From Pelomyxa schiedti (Eukaryota; Protista; Evosea), in NCBI GenBank assembly GCA_020536535.1, contig JAHLWZ010000424.1, forward strand, positions 62,001 to 126,000: 64,000 bases of DNA. The letters run 5' to 3'. This document shows positions 62,893 to 64,000 of this stretch, piece after piece. The stretch's first letter is position 1, and the number at the start of each line of letters is the position of its first letter. The translations under genes and the position numbers were made by a program. Under the pieces are notes generated by a model. It was not told the origin of the DNA, searched no databases, and worked only from the letters and a program-made list of their open reading frames with translations.

Positions 62893-63132
62893 GATCTTGA
62901 TGTAGTGCGCAACCCGACCGACTCCTCAATGCAATTAAAAGCCGAACTGCAACTGCCGCTGAAAAGCAGAATCTCCCATTTACTCGAGAAAACCTTGTTC
63001 CGCGGCCTTCACCATATATCCGGGGTTTCCAGTGAGAAGGAGCACACCAGGGGGTGTGTTTTAAAGAAAAATCCCAGGCCCCACCTCCGGTTGAACAACT
63101 TTGATTAGAGATCCATTCTTTGACGATAAGTG

Positions 63133-64000
63133 ATGGCCGCCATTTCGCCGTCAGGCGACACGCCGGAAAAGAAACCAGGCGACGTTATCCCGGACGCAGT
63201 TGACAACGATCTCGAGTCGGCCTCAAGTTCCGACAGCGAGATGGACTCGTTTTCGCACGAAAGCGCATCGCCCGGAGATCTCGAGTGCCGCGAGTCGCCC
63301 GGATCTGGCCCGCTCGCGGCCGCCAACAGCACCGCCGTGTGCCTATTCGAGAGCGACGAAAAAAGCGCGTGGGACGCGCTGGAGAGCAAGCGGCGGCACA
63401 GGAAAACCACCACATCGCAATCTACGGCGGCGGCTGCGGGGGCAGGAGGAGACGTCGAGCTGGAGGCGCTGTTGGGCGCAGAAGCAAACGCCGCACCGCT
63501 GGAGAAGAAGAAGGAGAATGAGGCGGGGACCGGAACCCCCTCGGGCGACGGCGGTGCCCGCGGCGGCGCGGAGGAGGACCCTGAGCGGGCGGGCGTTGGG
63601 AGGCAGAAGCCAGCTTCTAGCGATTCTGTGGGCGACGGCGGGAAAAGAGGAGCTGAGGGGACGGAGAAGCTGCTGCCGCCGCCGGCGCGACGGTCGTGCT
63701 GCTGCTGCCGCCGGTTACTGTGCTGCCGGTGTCGCTGCCGATGCTTTAGTGGGTGCTGGCAAAGGTTTTTATTAATCTTTGTGGCAAAGTCGACACCAAC
63801 ACACTTGTGTTTGACTGCACTGCAAGCAGAAAAATTCAATTATCATCAGGCTGAACAGGTTTCTGTGCCCAGCGAAGCCCAGGAGAAAGCCAAGGGAAAC
63901 CCAGCCCCTTCTCAATAGGGCATCCACTAGACAACACCTAGAGATCAGTCTACAAGCTGTAACGATATCTTGGCTTGTATGTATCCCGCTATCTCCTTCT
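63133..64000 (+). CDS. 5' part of a hypothetical protein, continuing beyond the window
   Basis: GC-rich acidic low-complexity first exon (MAAISPSGDTPEKK...) with a Cys/Arg cluster; exon structure and downstream part unresolved. Confidence 0.5.

Overview
Gene-dense eukaryotic DNA with about 31 protein-coding genes on both strands. Genes are split by many short (mostly 40-70 nt) GT-AG introns, so the ORF track fragments most of them. A fused ADP-forming acetate-CoA ligase and the overall gene content suggest an anaerobic protist, probably an archamoeba such as Pelomyxa (inference, not a database result). Most of the window is housekeeping: KAE1/OSGEP, eL28, LUC7, a NEK kinase, transporters, a VPS9 GEF, Rab32, TMCO1, TRAP-alpha, an Ariadne E3 ligase, 14-3-3, an aquaporin and RPF2. 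Main points of interest: (1) two unannotated, highly structured intergenic RNA candidates at 28431-28820 and 15963-16335; (2) a 0-11 kb cluster of repeat proteins, comprising a predicted myristoylated PINK1-like non-RD kinase fused to SEL1 repeats (with a kinase-less paralog at 56 kb), two intronless paralogs with mosaic near-identical tracts, and an LRR gene with one 69-nt exon per repeat; (3) eL28 with a long histone-H1-like tail; (4) a probable poison exon in LUC7 intron 1; (5) a 477-nt CpG-free tract. All gene models and RNA folds were made by eye and need RNA-seq and homology-search confirmation.
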